Shown: piece after piece, positions 36,497-46,376 of the stretch
Layout: each line of letters opens with the position of its first letter
Position numbering within the stretch: position 1 is the stretch's first letter
IMG/VR virus record: IMGVR_UViG_3300028561_000007
Span: 2,815-66,814 of that record
Origin: a virus
Taxonomy: Duplodnaviria; Caudoviricetes
Strand: one strand, 5' to 3'
Length of the DNA: 64,000 bases
Notes under the pieces: generated by a model
What the model was told of the DNA's origin: nothing
Databases searched by the model: none
Seen by the model: only the letters and a program-made list of their open reading frames with translations
Program-made: the position numbers and the translations under genes

Positions 36497-38223
36497 GTCT
36501 CTATCCTTTCTTTTACTGTTAGCATTACATTCAAAGTAAACATATATTTACGTTTTGTATTCGGTTCAATTCCTAACGAATTTATCATACCACAATTTAC
36601 TGCCTGTATTAAATATTCAGATGAATCTATTTCTATACTTTTATTTCGTAAAATATCTAATTGCTCTTTAATATTCTGACATTTTATCCACCCAGACTCA
36701 TAATCATGACTACGAATACGAATTTGCACTCCAGGATGAATAACGGAAACACCACTCATCAATCTTCCATCATCTGTTCCTACTGTATCATAAAAAGATA
36801 TTCCTATAACATCATCTGGTAAAAAACTTATATAAACAGGCCATAATCCACTATCTTCTGGATAATCCCCTAAAGATAATTTATTTATCACATATTCCGC
36901 TAAAATCATAGCAGGAGTATGCTTTAATGTTTCTATGACAGATACATCTTCTTCTTGTATATAAAAAACTTGTCGTACTGTAATATCAGTGATTTCAAAA
37001 GACACTGCCTTATTTGAAGGTAAAGACGATGAAATAAATATTTCTTGGTCTACAGACCCCCCAAATGAAAGAGGTGTGCGTGCCATTTTAAAATAATAAC
37101 CATCACGATAAATCAAAAATGGCGGTTGGTAACCAACAGGAATGTTAATCAAAACCCCTTCATTTACTGTTTGATCCGGGATCGATAAATTGGAGATCCT
37201 CGCCCCAAATAAATAATCCGTATCTGGCAATAAATCAATAGGTTTTTGCAAAACAGTATTTATTTCACCGGCTGGCTTATTATAAATAGCCTTACCTGAC
37301 GACACGTCTATGTTCCAATAAAGTCCATAAGACCATCCTTGTGCTGATTTAAAATCTCCATTCTTTACTAATTCTGGCCCTAATCGTATATTAACAACCG
37401 GAGATTCTATCTGCTCTTGAGATTCGTCAATCCACTGAACATCATTATAAAATGTACCAGTTAAATCTGCTTCAGTAGTTAACACAGTACTTTTAGTTTT
37501 ATTGCCTTTATCGACATCAAATTCAAAAACTGCACTAGCAGTGCCGCCTTCGCCAACTACCGCCGAGTAGGGATTGGTTCGGCCCGCGGTATAAATGGCG
37601 ACCACTTCTGTCGGGCTGAGGCATTTTTTGTAAAGGCGGAGAGAATCAAAAAAGCCATCAAGACGGGCTGTTATTTCAGAAGTATTGCCTATATATAAAT
37701 TACTTACGGTATTTATTGATCCAGTCAGAGGACATGCAGCGGAAGAATCGAAACTTCCATTGACATAAATTGAAACATCGCCGTTTCGATCTGTCGAGCA
37801 AACAACATGATACCACTTATTTGCTTCCAGGGAAGAATTGCCCGTCAAAATAATGGATTTTGAGTCGCTGTCCTTCATGTCGAATACAACGTTTCCACTT
37901 TTATTCAGAATTATGCCAAAGCCAAGGCCATAACGCAATGGGTCTTTGGCGACAAGCCCCTGACCGCTGCCAATGCTATTTGTTTTGACCCAAAAACTGA
38001 TAGAAAAATTGCCTGTGCCAAAATTCAGCGAAGGATCGTCGGCAACCACAACGCGAGGGAATATTCCACCAAATTCAAGATATCCAGCCATTCTACCTTC
38101 CTCCTCCTGCATCCATTCGGAAGCAAAGATCGCTAGGTCCGAAAAATCCACCCGCCCGTCGCCGTTTAAGTCCGCACGCAAAACACATGGAAAAAGAAGA
38201 CTTAATAAACACAAAATATTCAT
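36493..38223 (-). CDS. Tail terminator-like domain fused to N-terminal signal peptide, dockerin-like motif and LamG domain
   Basis: ADLNGDGRVDFSDLAIFASEW; LamG GNFSISFWVKT..WYHVV..IYVNG..FDGFFDSLRLY; C-terminal ~140 aa VIHPGVQIRIRSHDYESGW..FTLNVMLTV in the tail-terminator gene position. Confidence 0.7.
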   Translation of the reverse strand: MNILCLLSLLFPCVLRADLNGDGRVDFSDLAIFASEWMQEEEGRMAGYLEFGGIFPRVVVADDPSLNFGTGNFSISFWVKTNSIGSGQGLVAKDPLRYGLGFGIILNKSGNVVFDMKDSDSKSIILTGNSSLEANKWYHVVCSTDRNGDVSIYVNGSFDSSAACPLTGSINTVSNLYIGNTSEITARLDGFFDSLRLYKKCLSPTEVVAIYTAGRTNPYSAVVGEGGTASAVFEFDVDKGNKTKSTVLTTEADLTGTFYNDVQWIDESQEQIESPVVNIRLGPELVKNGDFKSAQGWSYGLYWNIDVSSGKAIYNKPAGEINTVLQKPIDLLPDTDYLFGARISNLSIPDQTVNEGVLINIPVGYQPPFLIYRDGYYFKMARTPLSFGGSVDQEIFISSSLPSNKAVSFEITDITVRQVFYIQEEDVSVIETLKHTPAMILAEYVINKLSLGDYPEDSGLWPVYISFLPDDVIGISFYDTVGTDDGRLMSGVSVIHPGVQIRIRSHDYESGWIKCQNIKEQLDILRNKSIEIDSSEYLIQAVNCGMINSLGIEPNTKRKYMFTLNVMLTVKERIET

Positions 38224-38609
38224 TTATTTTCCTTTTCATTGTCTTCTTTCATCAAATATAGTTTACTTCGTATTTCGTAAGCATAAAACAATAAACGATA
38301 ATTTATATTTTCTTCTCGTTCTAATCGTTCAATCAAAACATCCAAAACTAATAACACCGGATCCGGTTGTACCTCTGATTTCTTCAAATATTCTATAAAT
38401 TGATTTCCATACTGAATATATTCTTCCATTTCTTGAATCCGACTACATGCAGATTCTTTCCCGTTTTCACATTCAGCAACAGAAATCCTTTGTTCAATTT
38501 TAGCCACGTTAATTGCTGTATCTGTAATAGCAATTAAACCTTTATTTGGAGAAGAACAACCAGTAAACAATACACACACTAAGATTACTAATGAATACAC
38601 AACATTCAT
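38220..38609 (-). CDS. Putative lipoprotein
   Basis: MNVVYSLVILVCVLFTGC lipobox; GGAGG RBS before ATG 38609. Confidence 0.6.
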   Translation of the reverse strand: MNVVYSLVILVCVLFTGCSSPNKGLIAITDTAINVAKIEQRISVAECENGKESACSRIQEMEEYIQYGNQFIEYLKKSEVQPDPVLLVLDVLIERLEREENINYRLLFYAYEIRSKLYLMKEDNEKENK

Positions 38610-38611
38610 GA

Positions 38612-39067
38612 TTAAAACCTCCAACAACCTACAACTCTTCCTTTTTGAACCATATAATAAGCCCACCGGTTCCCAAAAGTATCGTCTATATCAGAAGGAG
38701 ATGCACTTCCACCAGATTTAACATACCTTCCAACTAACCATATACCATCTTCTTTTATAAAATTAGCATGAGAAGGCACTACTAATCTTGGACTTCCAAT
38801 TAAAGAAATTGTATCTTGCATTGCTACTTCAGAATTTTCCCAATCAGTAGTAGCAGACAATACTTTATTTGTTTCATCCCATACTTTACCAGCATTAGGC
38901 CCGCTTGCTTTAATCCATCGACTATATCCTACTTCTGACATACTACCATCCACCAAAAAATCTGGAGGAAGACTCATTACAAAAGCATTATTATAATTAT
39001 TTGCAATGTAGTACCCAGAGCATAAAACAAAAACAGCACCTAAACAGAATGTAATTATTTTCTTCAT
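38612..39067 (-). CDS. Hypothetical protein with N-terminal signal/TM segment
   Basis: MKKIITFCLGAVFVLC hydrophobic N-terminus. Confidence 0.6.
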   Translation of the reverse strand: MKKIITFCLGAVFVLCSGYYIANNYNNAFVMSLPPDFLVDGSMSEVGYSRWIKASGPNAGKVWDETNKVLSATTDWENSEVAMQDTISLIGSPRLVVPSHANFIKEDGIWLVGRYVKSGGSASPSDIDDTFGNRWAYYMVQKGRVVGCWRF

Positions 39068-39480
39068 TTTTTACTCCCATAAACAAGTCCTACTTTACTT
39101 ATTCCAATAGGCAATGAATACCCTACTTGATCCGCTATTATTTTTAACATTTGAGGTCTTTTTTCCCTAGCCGGTTGTTCTAAAAATTTTGCCTGTTTAC
39201 CAGGTTTATGTCTATATTCTATATGTTCATGCACAAAAGGCGCATAATACACACCTCTATATCCAACCGTCACTTTTGTTAAAAATCCATTTCCAACTGC
39301 ATCTGTAAAAGCAGAATTTACCAAAGCACCAGTATCTACAGGCGTTATTTTTTGACTTTCTCTTTGAAGATAGAGACCAGCCTGTACTATTCCTTTATAA
39401 AAACCAATCTGACTATTTTTATTTATCTTGTTCAAATTGTTTTTTACTATATTTATACCTTTTACAGAAATTTGAGTCAT
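39064..39480 (-). CDS. HK97 gp10-like tail completion protein
   Basis: TPVDTGALVNS, YAPFVHE and AKFLEQP motifs. Confidence 0.85.
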   Translation of the reverse strand: MTQISVKGINIVKNNLNKINKNSQIGFYKGIVQAGLYLQRESQKITPVDTGALVNSAFTDAVGNGFLTKVTVGYRGVYYAPFVHEHIEYRHKPGKQAKFLEQPAREKRPQMLKIIADQVGYSLPIGISKVGLVYGSKK

Positions 39481-39818
39481 AAATAAGCAATCCTTAAATA
39501 TTCTGTATTTCTCAAATTCGGTATTTTTTCAAATCTCCGTATTTCCCACGCATTTGGATTACCCAACGGTTCTCCAGAATTTACATCTATTGTGTCGCCT
39601 AAACATAAAACACCTTTTACTGGAGTATCCTTTGATACATACACTATGCTTCTAGATAATTGTTTATCTCCAAAAGCGTCTATAAATTCCTCGCATTTAT
39701 CTTCCCACCTACAAGAAATATTTTCTGCCATAGAATACTGAGGCGCACCATATTTATCATAAGACTCAAACGCCCAAAACACAGCATTTTGTTTTAACAT
39801 GCGTGTTATAATACTCAT
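39477..39818 (-). CDS. Head closure / head-tail connector protein
   Basis: DKYGAPQY..CRWE pattern; position between adaptor and gp10-like gene. Confidence 0.7.
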   Translation of the reverse strand: MSIITRMLKQNAVFWAFESYDKYGAPQYSMAENISCRWEDKCEEFIDAFGDKQLSRSIVYVSKDTPVKGVLCLGDTIDVNSGEPLGNPNAWEIRRFEKIPNLRNTEYLRIAYL

Positions 39819-40249
39819 GCAGGTTTCCTTTTTTCCATACTTTCTATCTGATTTATGATAGAATCCATCAAATTACGCAAATTATCAGAATTACAAATAA
39901 CTACTACTCTATTATATTTTAATGATTTCATCCTCAAAACATCTTCATCTCCTCCGTAAATAATACAAACCACTTTTGGGTATTGATTATTTATTTGCCT
40001 TAATAATTCTATAGATCCTTCCACAGACATATCAATAAGAGCGCATTTTACTAATGATTGATTTAGATAAAAAATCGCGTCTTTTATTTTAGAAACAGTG
40101 TATGTTTCTGTACTATTTTCTATAGAAATATATTTCTTTAGTACAGAAGATACCACAGATTCATTCTCTAACAATAAAAACCCGCCTTTTCCTCGATTCA
40201 TCCTAAATCGTCTTCCGTGCTCAAAAAAAGTACGAATTGTGGCATCCAT
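39815..40249 (-). CDS. Receiver (CheY-like) domain protein
   Basis: FLLLENE (beta1 acidic pocket), CALIDMS (phospho-acceptor Asp position), LLRQINNQYPKVVCIIY. Confidence 0.5.
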   Translation of the reverse strand: MDATIRTFFEHGRRFRMNRGKGGFLLLENESVVSSVLKKYISIENSTETYTVSKIKDAIFYLNQSLVKCALIDMSVEGSIELLRQINNQYPKVVCIIYGGDEDVLRMKSLKYNRVVVICNSDNLRNLMDSIINQIESMEKRKPA

Positions 40250-40262
40250 TTTATAGTACTCC

Positions 40263-40517
40263 CTACATTTTCATCTGTCTTTTTTCACATCTTTCTATGC
40301 TCTCATTTACAACAGACATTACACCTACACACTCCTTTATTACTTCCACAATTTCCTCATGATGTTTTTTCGTAATTTCATATATCATATCATTTTTCTT
40401 ATTTATTGTTTTTTTGAAATCAAAATACAAAAAAGCAATAGCACCACAAAGAACCACAGATAGTCCCCACCCTCCAAAAGTCTCTAAGAAGATTGCTAGC
40501 TCTTTTGTTGCTTCCAT
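40263..40517 (-). CDS. Putative holin-like membrane protein
   Basis: 84 aa, single N-terminal TM segment followed by a charged coiled coil (BhlA-like pattern). Confidence 0.45.
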   Translation of the reverse strand: MEATKELAIFLETFGGWGLSVVLCGAIAFLYFDFKKTINKKNDMIYEITKKHHEEIVEVIKECVGVMSVVNESIERCEKRQMKM

Positions 40518-40551
40518 AATCGACCCCTATATCAATTTCAATGAACGTTGT

Positions 40552-40935
40552 TTATTTTCCCAGCCATGCTATGTCAGGAGGTCCGGTTTTACCATCTTCT
40601 ATTGAAGCGTTTAATGCCGCTAATCCACCATTATAATCCAATATCATAGCCATTTGACCATATGTTGTAACTTGAAGGTGCAGTCCTAATCTATATTGAT
40701 AACTTTCCGCTACACTTCCAGCAGATTCAGCAGATCGCCTAGGATCTCGAATTGCATAAAAATGAGCACTTAACCATCTTTCTATCATTTCCAATTCTTG
40801 TTCTTGATACCCCACCCCTTCACAAAATTTATCCACCAGCATACTAGCCGATTGAATAAATGGAGTTAAATCAGAAATACTTACTTCTGTTTCAATAATT
40901 CCCCGAACCAATTCATCTGTTGTTCTAACGGCCAC
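40552..40935 (-). CDS. Head-tail adaptor protein
   Basis: LTPFIQSA..WLSAHF..AESAGSVAESY..TTYGQM adaptor pattern (DUF4054-like). Confidence 0.75.
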   Translation of the reverse strand: MAVRTTDELVRGIIETEVSISDLTPFIQSASMLVDKFCEGVGYQEQELEMIERWLSAHFYAIRDPRRSAESAGSVAESYQYRLGLHLQVTTYGQMAMILDYNGGLAALNASIEDGKTGPPDIAWLGK

Positions 40936-41440
40936 TTAAAATCTCCTTTCTTTTAATTAAAACTTTTTCTACTTTTTTTGCTATTTCCAGTAAACGGTCC
41001 GGGTGCATTTTATAATTTAATTTACAAGACATCCATAAAGTAAATAAAACATCATATACAACTTCACTACAAAAATAAGCAAATATAACATTTCCTCCAG
41101 TAATAGCCGTACCTGCCGCGCCTCTATAATCATAAGGAATCTCTAAAGACGCTAAAACCTCACAAGACCATAAAACTTTTTGATATTCTTCTTCAGTCAA
41201 CCATAAAACTACTTTCTCCCACCTTTCTGGATGTGAATATGTAATATACGAAAAACGCACACCATTTCTAATAACATCACCCATCATTTCTTTTCTTTGA
41301 GTAGAAGAAAAAGACCTTCCATCCGGCAATCTTAATTCGACATGTGTCTTTTTAGAAACAATACGAATGGCTTTATCTACAAACGTAGCCCAACTTCCCG
41401 TACCATCATGAAACATCAATTCTACTGGAATAAAAACCAC
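40925..41440 (-). CDS. Permuted papain-like NlpC/P60 peptidase/amidase
   Basis: THVEL (His), IPYDYRG and YFCSEVV (Cys) in permuted order. Confidence 0.65.
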   Translation of the reverse strand: MVFIPVELMFHDGTGSWATFVDKAIRIVSKKTHVELRLPDGRSFSSTQRKEMMGDVIRNGVRFSYITYSHPERWEKVVLWLTEEEYQKVLWSCEVLASLEIPYDYRGAAGTAITGGNVIFAYFCSEVVYDVLFTLWMSCKLNYKMHPDRLLEIAKKVEKVLIKRKEILSGR

Positions 41441-41443
41441 AAT

Positions 41444-42070
41444 TCACCTTTTATCTTTCCAATACTCTTGCACGCCTATTTTTGGAAATACAGTTAAATC
41501 ACTATCATCCGTTATGTTTATGATTTCCCTTTCAGGAAATTTTTCATTTAAATGTTTTTTTATAATCGACTGAAAAAATAGAAACTTTTTATAAATGCTT
41601 TGAGTAGGTTTTTCAATTTCTTTGCCATGCCAGTTTGCTCTGCCGTCCTTACCCAATTTCATATCAAAACCTAAAAGAAGAACTCTTTTAGCACCTAATA
41701 ATAAGGCAAGGTTTATTGCATTAAATCCTGTATTTCCATTCCATCCCAATCCATCTAAATGAAGTCCATTTTCATATCGTTTTAACTGTATCACCCACGG
41801 AACCGGGTTTCTTCTAAACTCATTACAACTGGTATATACTGTTCCTTTATACTTTTCTAGTTGTTCGCCAAAAGCATTAAACCATATCAAATCCCCAAAA
41901 ATACAAATCTTACATACTTTTTCGCCTAATATAAAAGCAGTATTACACCCTATCGTATTTTTATCTTCCAACAAACTCCAATCGAATTTGTTTTCGTATA
42001 AAGACCTCCCTCCTCCTATTATATAAACATCTTCCCCTAACCATTTCGGATGTATTACCGAAGAAGTCAT
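41444..42070 (-). CDS. DUF115/MptE-like (Maf-related) nucleotide-binding transferase
   Basis: VYIIGGGRSL, TIGCN, NTGFNAINLALLLGAKRVLLLGFDM. Confidence 0.65.
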   Translation of the reverse strand: MTSSVIHPKWLGEDVYIIGGGRSLYENKFDWSLLEDKNTIGCNTAFILGEKVCKICIFGDLIWFNAFGEQLEKYKGTVYTSCNEFRRNPVPWVIQLKRYENGLHLDGLGWNGNTGFNAINLALLLGAKRVLLLGFDMKLGKDGRANWHGKEIEKPTQSIYKKFLFFQSIIKKHLNEKFPEREIINITDDSDLTVFPKIGVQEYWKDKR

Positions 42071-42492
42071 TTGGGAATAGATTCTAAAAAAGGGATTACC
42101 TCTTTTCTACTAAGCGGGTTTTTATTTACAGATTTATTATTTCTTGTGTTTATAACATAATACCTGTATAAAGGTTTTCCTCTACCCTTCTTAATTTCTG
42201 AAGTACGAACGACTTTTATTGAATCGTCTGTTATTCCAAAAGATAAAGAAACATCTTCAGAATCACGATCCTGAGTTATTGGAAGAGGGGGAGCATCAAC
42301 GTTTTCCCCCTCTTCCATTGAAGGAGAGTAGTGTATGTTCTTTTGAGGAGAATCCTCAACACATTCAAACATGCCAGTGAACACTTTTCTAAGATCAGTG
42401 GGATATGTAAAAACATCTCCCGCCTCATATATTTTATTATGTTCACGACAACTAAAACTACCGCTTAATAACTTAAAACGATACATCTTCAT
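42067..42492 (-). CDS. Hypothetical (capsid-associated) protein
   Basis: 141 aa directly after the major capsid gene. Confidence 0.5.
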   Translation of the reverse strand: MKMYRFKLLSGSFSCREHNKIYEAGDVFTYPTDLRKVFTGMFECVEDSPQKNIHYSPSMEEGENVDAPPLPITQDRDSEDVSLSFGITDDSIKVVRTSEIKKGRGKPLYRYYVINTRNNKSVNKNPLSRKEVIPFLESIPK

Positions 42493-42516
42493 TCCTTTCC
42501 ATTTTTTGTTTTTTCA

Positions 42517-43587
42517 TTAAGGTGCCACAGAACCGTGAACAATTCCCGTATTGTTATTATAATCAGCCCTAAATTGAGGAATTACGATTCCCATAACCTT
42601 AAAGTTTAACTGAAGGCCGCCTTGAGAAGGCCATTGAAGTGTCATAATGTCCATTCCAATTACCATTCGGACAACATCTGAAGTCATCTGAACCAGAACA
42701 ATCTGATATCCTGTCAGATAATCCAGAGTTCGAACATCAATAAATCCATCAATGGCTTTAATTCGTTCTCGAAGAGTCCTTTCACTTTGAGCCTTATAAT
42801 CTTCATCCAGATACTGACTCCAAGCAACTCCCATATAAACCATCCAAGGCCCATAATAATGCTTATTTATGGACATTTGTCTCATACCAAGAACATCAGA
42901 AATGGTTGTTCCAGGAGTCCATGAAGATGTTTCTGGAGAAACAATCGTGGCTGTAGAACGCCTATTGAAATTTGTAAGGCCATAAATAGTACCACCACCA
43001 TACACATAGTTGCTTAAAGCACCAATAGCCAGTTGTTCCATTTTTTCGGCTACTTTACGGCCAGCCCTTTCACCCATTGTAATATCCAACGGAGAACCAC
43101 CGCTTCTTGAAGTAGCAATCTGACGAGCAGAAAACGAAAAGTCAGAGTGGATAATAGGCAGAGGCAAATTAACAAAGTCGAAGTGCGGACGGTCATTCGG
43201 GCCTTCTCTCAGTCCATCCATACTGATACTTGCTTCTCCAGCATCGCTCATTCTTTCCGTTTGAAGCGTGGTAGAACCCATTCCATTAGGAATTGAATAC
43301 TCCAACCCCATTGAACGGACATCTGATACGAATTTCAATCTGGATTCCGCTACTTTAAGAATAGCCGTATCCAAATGAATCCACTCATCTTTACGAAGGG
43401 TAGCCTCCGCATTTGTCACTGCCTTCGGAACTAGCGTATCCCCTTCATTCACCATAATATACGATTTTCCACCCGCGCCAATAAATGGACGCAAAACATG
43501 AGGATTCATTTTATTCTGCAAAAGAACCTCAGCCACACTTCCGTATGCCTGCATCCCACCGCCTTGTTCTGATTTCAAGAAATCCAT
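42517..43587 (-). CDS. Major capsid protein (HK97 fold, Linocin-M18/encapsulin-like)
   Basis: ATLRKDEWIHLDTAI, LPLPIIHSDFSFSARQI motifs; 356 aa; follows scaffold and decoration genes. Confidence 0.85.
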   Translation of the reverse strand: MDFLKSEQGGGMQAYGSVAEVLLQNKMNPHVLRPFIGAGGKSYIMVNEGDTLVPKAVTNAEATLRKDEWIHLDTAILKVAESRLKFVSDVRSMGLEYSIPNGMGSTTLQTERMSDAGEASISMDGLREGPNDRPHFDFVNLPLPIIHSDFSFSARQIATSRSGGSPLDITMGERAGRKVAEKMEQLAIGALSNYVYGGGTIYGLTNFNRRSTATIVSPETSSWTPGTTISDVLGMRQMSINKHYYGPWMVYMGVAWSQYLDEDYKAQSERTLRERIKAIDGFIDVRTLDYLTGYQIVLVQMTSDVVRMVIGMDIMTLQWPSQGGLQLNFKVMGIVIPQFRADYNNNTGIVHGSVAP

Positions 43588-43635
43588 AATATATTCCTTT
43601 CTTTGTTTTTAATTTTATGTTCTAAAATTAGCAAA

Positions 43636-44073
43636 TCACAGCATCCGCATTGCGCCTAGTTTATCTCCACCTGACGCATTTATGGCTTCTACAGCAACTG
43701 CCATTACTTTTTCTACATCCTTAGTCGATGCACTTTCTGTTAAGGCCACAAATTTACCGTCATCAGAACTAACAAGCAAATCCCCAATATTTACATTTTG
43801 CCCACTTTTCAGTAAACCATTAAATTCTGAACCAGGGGCAAACAAAGCATATGACGCTACTGCGCCATTGTCATAAGCATCGCTTACTGTTTTACCTTGA
43901 AGGGCATCTTCAGTCAAAACAGCACGTTCTGCAAAACCGCCCTGAATATCCAACGCTTTCAAAGTCCCGTCACTTTTAAGTTTAACCAGCATACCAGGCT
44001 TCAAACCAGACGCTCCAGTAAGAGCCTCTTCATGTCGAAAATCCCCTTTTCTGTGGATTCTTTTAACGCTCAT
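43636..44073 (-). CDS. Head decoration/cement protein
   Basis: LKPGMLV..VNIGDLLVSSDDGK..AVAVEA pattern; lies between scaffold and MCP. Confidence 0.7.
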   Translation of the reverse strand: MSVKRIHRKGDFRHEEALTGASGLKPGMLVKLKSDGTLKALDIQGGFAERAVLTEDALQGKTVSDAYDNGAVASYALFAPGSEFNGLLKSGQNVNIGDLLVSSDDGKFVALTESASTKDVEKVMAVAVEAINASGGDKLGAMRML

Positions 44074-44113
44074 AATTTTATCCTTTCTTTATATTATTCT
44101 GTTATTTTTATTC

Positions 44114-45409
44114 TTATTTTTTCTTAAAATTCATAGTAGGAACCGGCAAACCTGTTTCTTTTTCCTCATTTTCCAAAGGCGGATCTGCCTGTCCGTCAAA
44201 TCGAGGCTTTACCACATCTTCCGCCAATTTAGCAATATGCCTCAAATCGCTTAGCGGTTTCTTCTTTAACTCATCCGCAGAAAAAGAATTTCGTTTATTA
44301 CTAGTAATAGTCTTAATTAAACGATTCCTTTCTGCAAGAGCCGCTTGACGTCCTTCATTCAAAATTTCTTGTATTTCAGCAGGCGCAGATGCTATAAATT
44401 CATCAGCGTTCTTAAATACAGGAATGGGATTTTGCTGATTCTCTGTTTTTTCTTCATTCTCATTTTTCTTTTCATCTTCCTCTTTTTCTTCTTTGTCTTC
44501 CTCTTTCTTTTCATTAGAAACAGGAGGATTCAGCAACTTTTCCAAAATCTTTTCGTCCGTATTCATCAACATTTCTTTGTCTTCTTCTTTCCAACCGGAA
44601 GAATCATTGGAAATAAGATCTTTTACCATTTTCTCTTTATCCATTTGTCTGATCCTTTCTTTTATTTTTTCTTCTGGTTTGTGTTCCATAATCATAGAAC
44701 TTCCGTTAAAAACAATCTTATTATCTTCAGAAACAGAATATTTCTGCTTCTTAATTATATTTTCTTTTTCTTCGTAAATAAAATAATCATTATATACCTT
44801 CAAAACAGACGCACTATTAACAGATTCTTTTATTTTATTACGAATCAACTCTTCCCTTTTATCTTCATTTAATCGCATAAATCCCGCTCCGTCCTCAATG
44901 GAACATGCACCTTTTTTATCTGGAAGTATGGCTAAATGGTCTGGTCTATAATTTCGGGCTATAGCCAAATATTTTTCACCATTCCAAACGCCTTCCATAT
45001 TTTCGTTATCTGTAAACAAACCAGTAGATAATTCTAGCATTTGTCCTTTCTTTATGGACAAAGAAACTCTACTATCTATTTTATCTATTCGTTCTGTGTC
45101 AAGCCATGCTTCTGATTTCAATTTTCCATCTTCAAATCTAGTGTTCATAATCATACCAATTCCCTGCTTAGTTAATACAACAGGATCACATGCACTAGAA
45201 AAATCAGAAGAAGGGTGATAAACTACCACTGGCTTGTGGTTCCACGCTTGAGGTGTTTTAGAAAGTTCTTCTGCGGGATAGTATAATGGGCCTTCAGAGC
45301 CATTATGCACACCTTCCGTTATCATCACCATTGGGACAACAGTGTATGTTTTATCCCCAATATGTCCTACTTTAGAAGACACAGAAGCATTAAATGTAAT
45401 TCTTTCCAT
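44114..45409 (-). CDS. Prohead protease/scaffold (DUF2213-like)
   Basis: WNHKPVVVYHP, ELSTG and PDHLAIL..GACS, followed by an acidic coiled-coil scaffold. Confidence 0.8.
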   Translation of the reverse strand: MERITFNASVSSKVGHIGDKTYTVVPMVMITEGVHNGSEGPLYYPAEELSKTPQAWNHKPVVVYHPSSDFSSACDPVVLTKQGIGMIMNTRFEDGKLKSEAWLDTERIDKIDSRVSLSIKKGQMLELSTGLFTDNENMEGVWNGEKYLAIARNYRPDHLAILPDKKGACSIEDGAGFMRLNEDKREELIRNKIKESVNSASVLKVYNDYFIYEEKENIIKKQKYSVSEDNKIVFNGSSMIMEHKPEEKIKERIRQMDKEKMVKDLISNDSSGWKEEDKEMLMNTDEKILEKLLNPPVSNEKKEEDKEEKEEDEKKNENEEKTENQQNPIPVFKNADEFIASAPAEIQEILNEGRQAALAERNRLIKTITSNKRNSFSADELKKKPLSDLRHIAKLAEDVVKPRFDGQADPPLENEEKETGLPVPTMNFKKK

Positions 45410-45461
45410 AATAAAATACCTTTCCTATCGAGGTATTCGTATTATGGAATATAATTTCTTT

Positions 45462-45501
45462 AGAAAAAAATTAGGGGCAAGTACATTTCTTGCCCCTATT
45501 T
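45462..45501 (-). terminator. Intrinsic terminator
   Basis: Minus strand TAGGGGCAAG-loop-TTGCCCCTA followed by a T-run. Confidence 0.7.
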
Positions 45502-45533
45502 GAAAGGAAACACTAAAAAGAAACAATCAATTC

Positions 45534-46292
45534 TTATATGTCAATCACCCATACATCGCCTTTATATCTCTCAAAATACTCAAAAGAAATATAACCATAT
45601 CCACAATCTCCCCAATTCATCCCCCATGAATTTAGAAATTGAAATCTTTGAGCATCTATATCATACGAAGATATCTTTATAGCATGATACCCTAATGGAA
45701 AATTTTTCCCCGGTGGAGGTGCTATAAAAACATTAGTGTCTGGAGTAAATGACTGAAGAAATGTTTGGACAGTAGCCATAACTGGATGCCCGGCATATAT
45801 CGCTTTACAAATTTGGTCTATCGTGCTTGCACGATAATACGACTTTGCCTTTATAATATTAGTATTTTCTTCTAACAGATTTTTTTCTCTCCAACCTTCT
45901 GGTTTTGGACTTCCATACGGCCAATCTTTTTCTTCTGGAAAACATCCTACTTTATGAAGATATTTTGCGCCTAATCGAAGATATGTTCCCTCCGGCGGAT
46001 GATTGTCCCTCTCCTCACACCAATCATTTATACATTCTACTGATAACATAGAATCTCGTCTTTGAAATTCTCTATTTAATGCCATTTGACCAGACGCGGC
46101 AGTAGCAAACGCCACACAAGTACCACGAACTCCCTGATCTCTGGCTAAAGAATCAAACATGCCAGTAGAAGCCCTTCTAGGCATATCCTCTAACCGGATT
46201 AAGTTATTTGGATGCTCAACAAAAAGATAATCCCTTTTATCCTTTGGGTCTGGCAATACCCTTAATATCATCTTAAATAATTCTTTAATCAT
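45534..46292 (-). CDS. Papain-family (C1A) cysteine protease
   Basis: DQGVRGTCVAFA (Gln/Cys), GYHAI (His), FLNSWGMNWGDCGYG (Asn). Confidence 0.9.
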   Translation of the reverse strand: MIKELFKMILRVLPDPKDKRDYLFVEHPNNLIRLEDMPRRASTGMFDSLARDQGVRGTCVAFATAASGQMALNREFQRRDSMLSVECINDWCEERDNHPPEGTYLRLGAKYLHKVGCFPEEKDWPYGSPKPEGWREKNLLEENTNIIKAKSYYRASTIDQICKAIYAGHPVMATVQTFLQSFTPDTNVFIAPPPGKNFPLGYHAIKISSYDIDAQRFQFLNSWGMNWGDCGYGYISFEYFERYKGDVWVIDI

Positions 46293-46305
46293 GTTATTTT
46301 CCTTA
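46269..46305 (+). repeat. 37-bp direct repeat, copy 1
   Basis: CATCTTAAATAATTCTTTAATCATGTTATTTTCCTTA; one mismatch to 48168-48204. Confidence 0.9.
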
Positions 46306-46376
46306 AATTATCCTTTCTCTCTATTCCATTCGTGAAAATCCATGCTTTTCCGTGGTTAAATTTTTTTAATCCGTGG

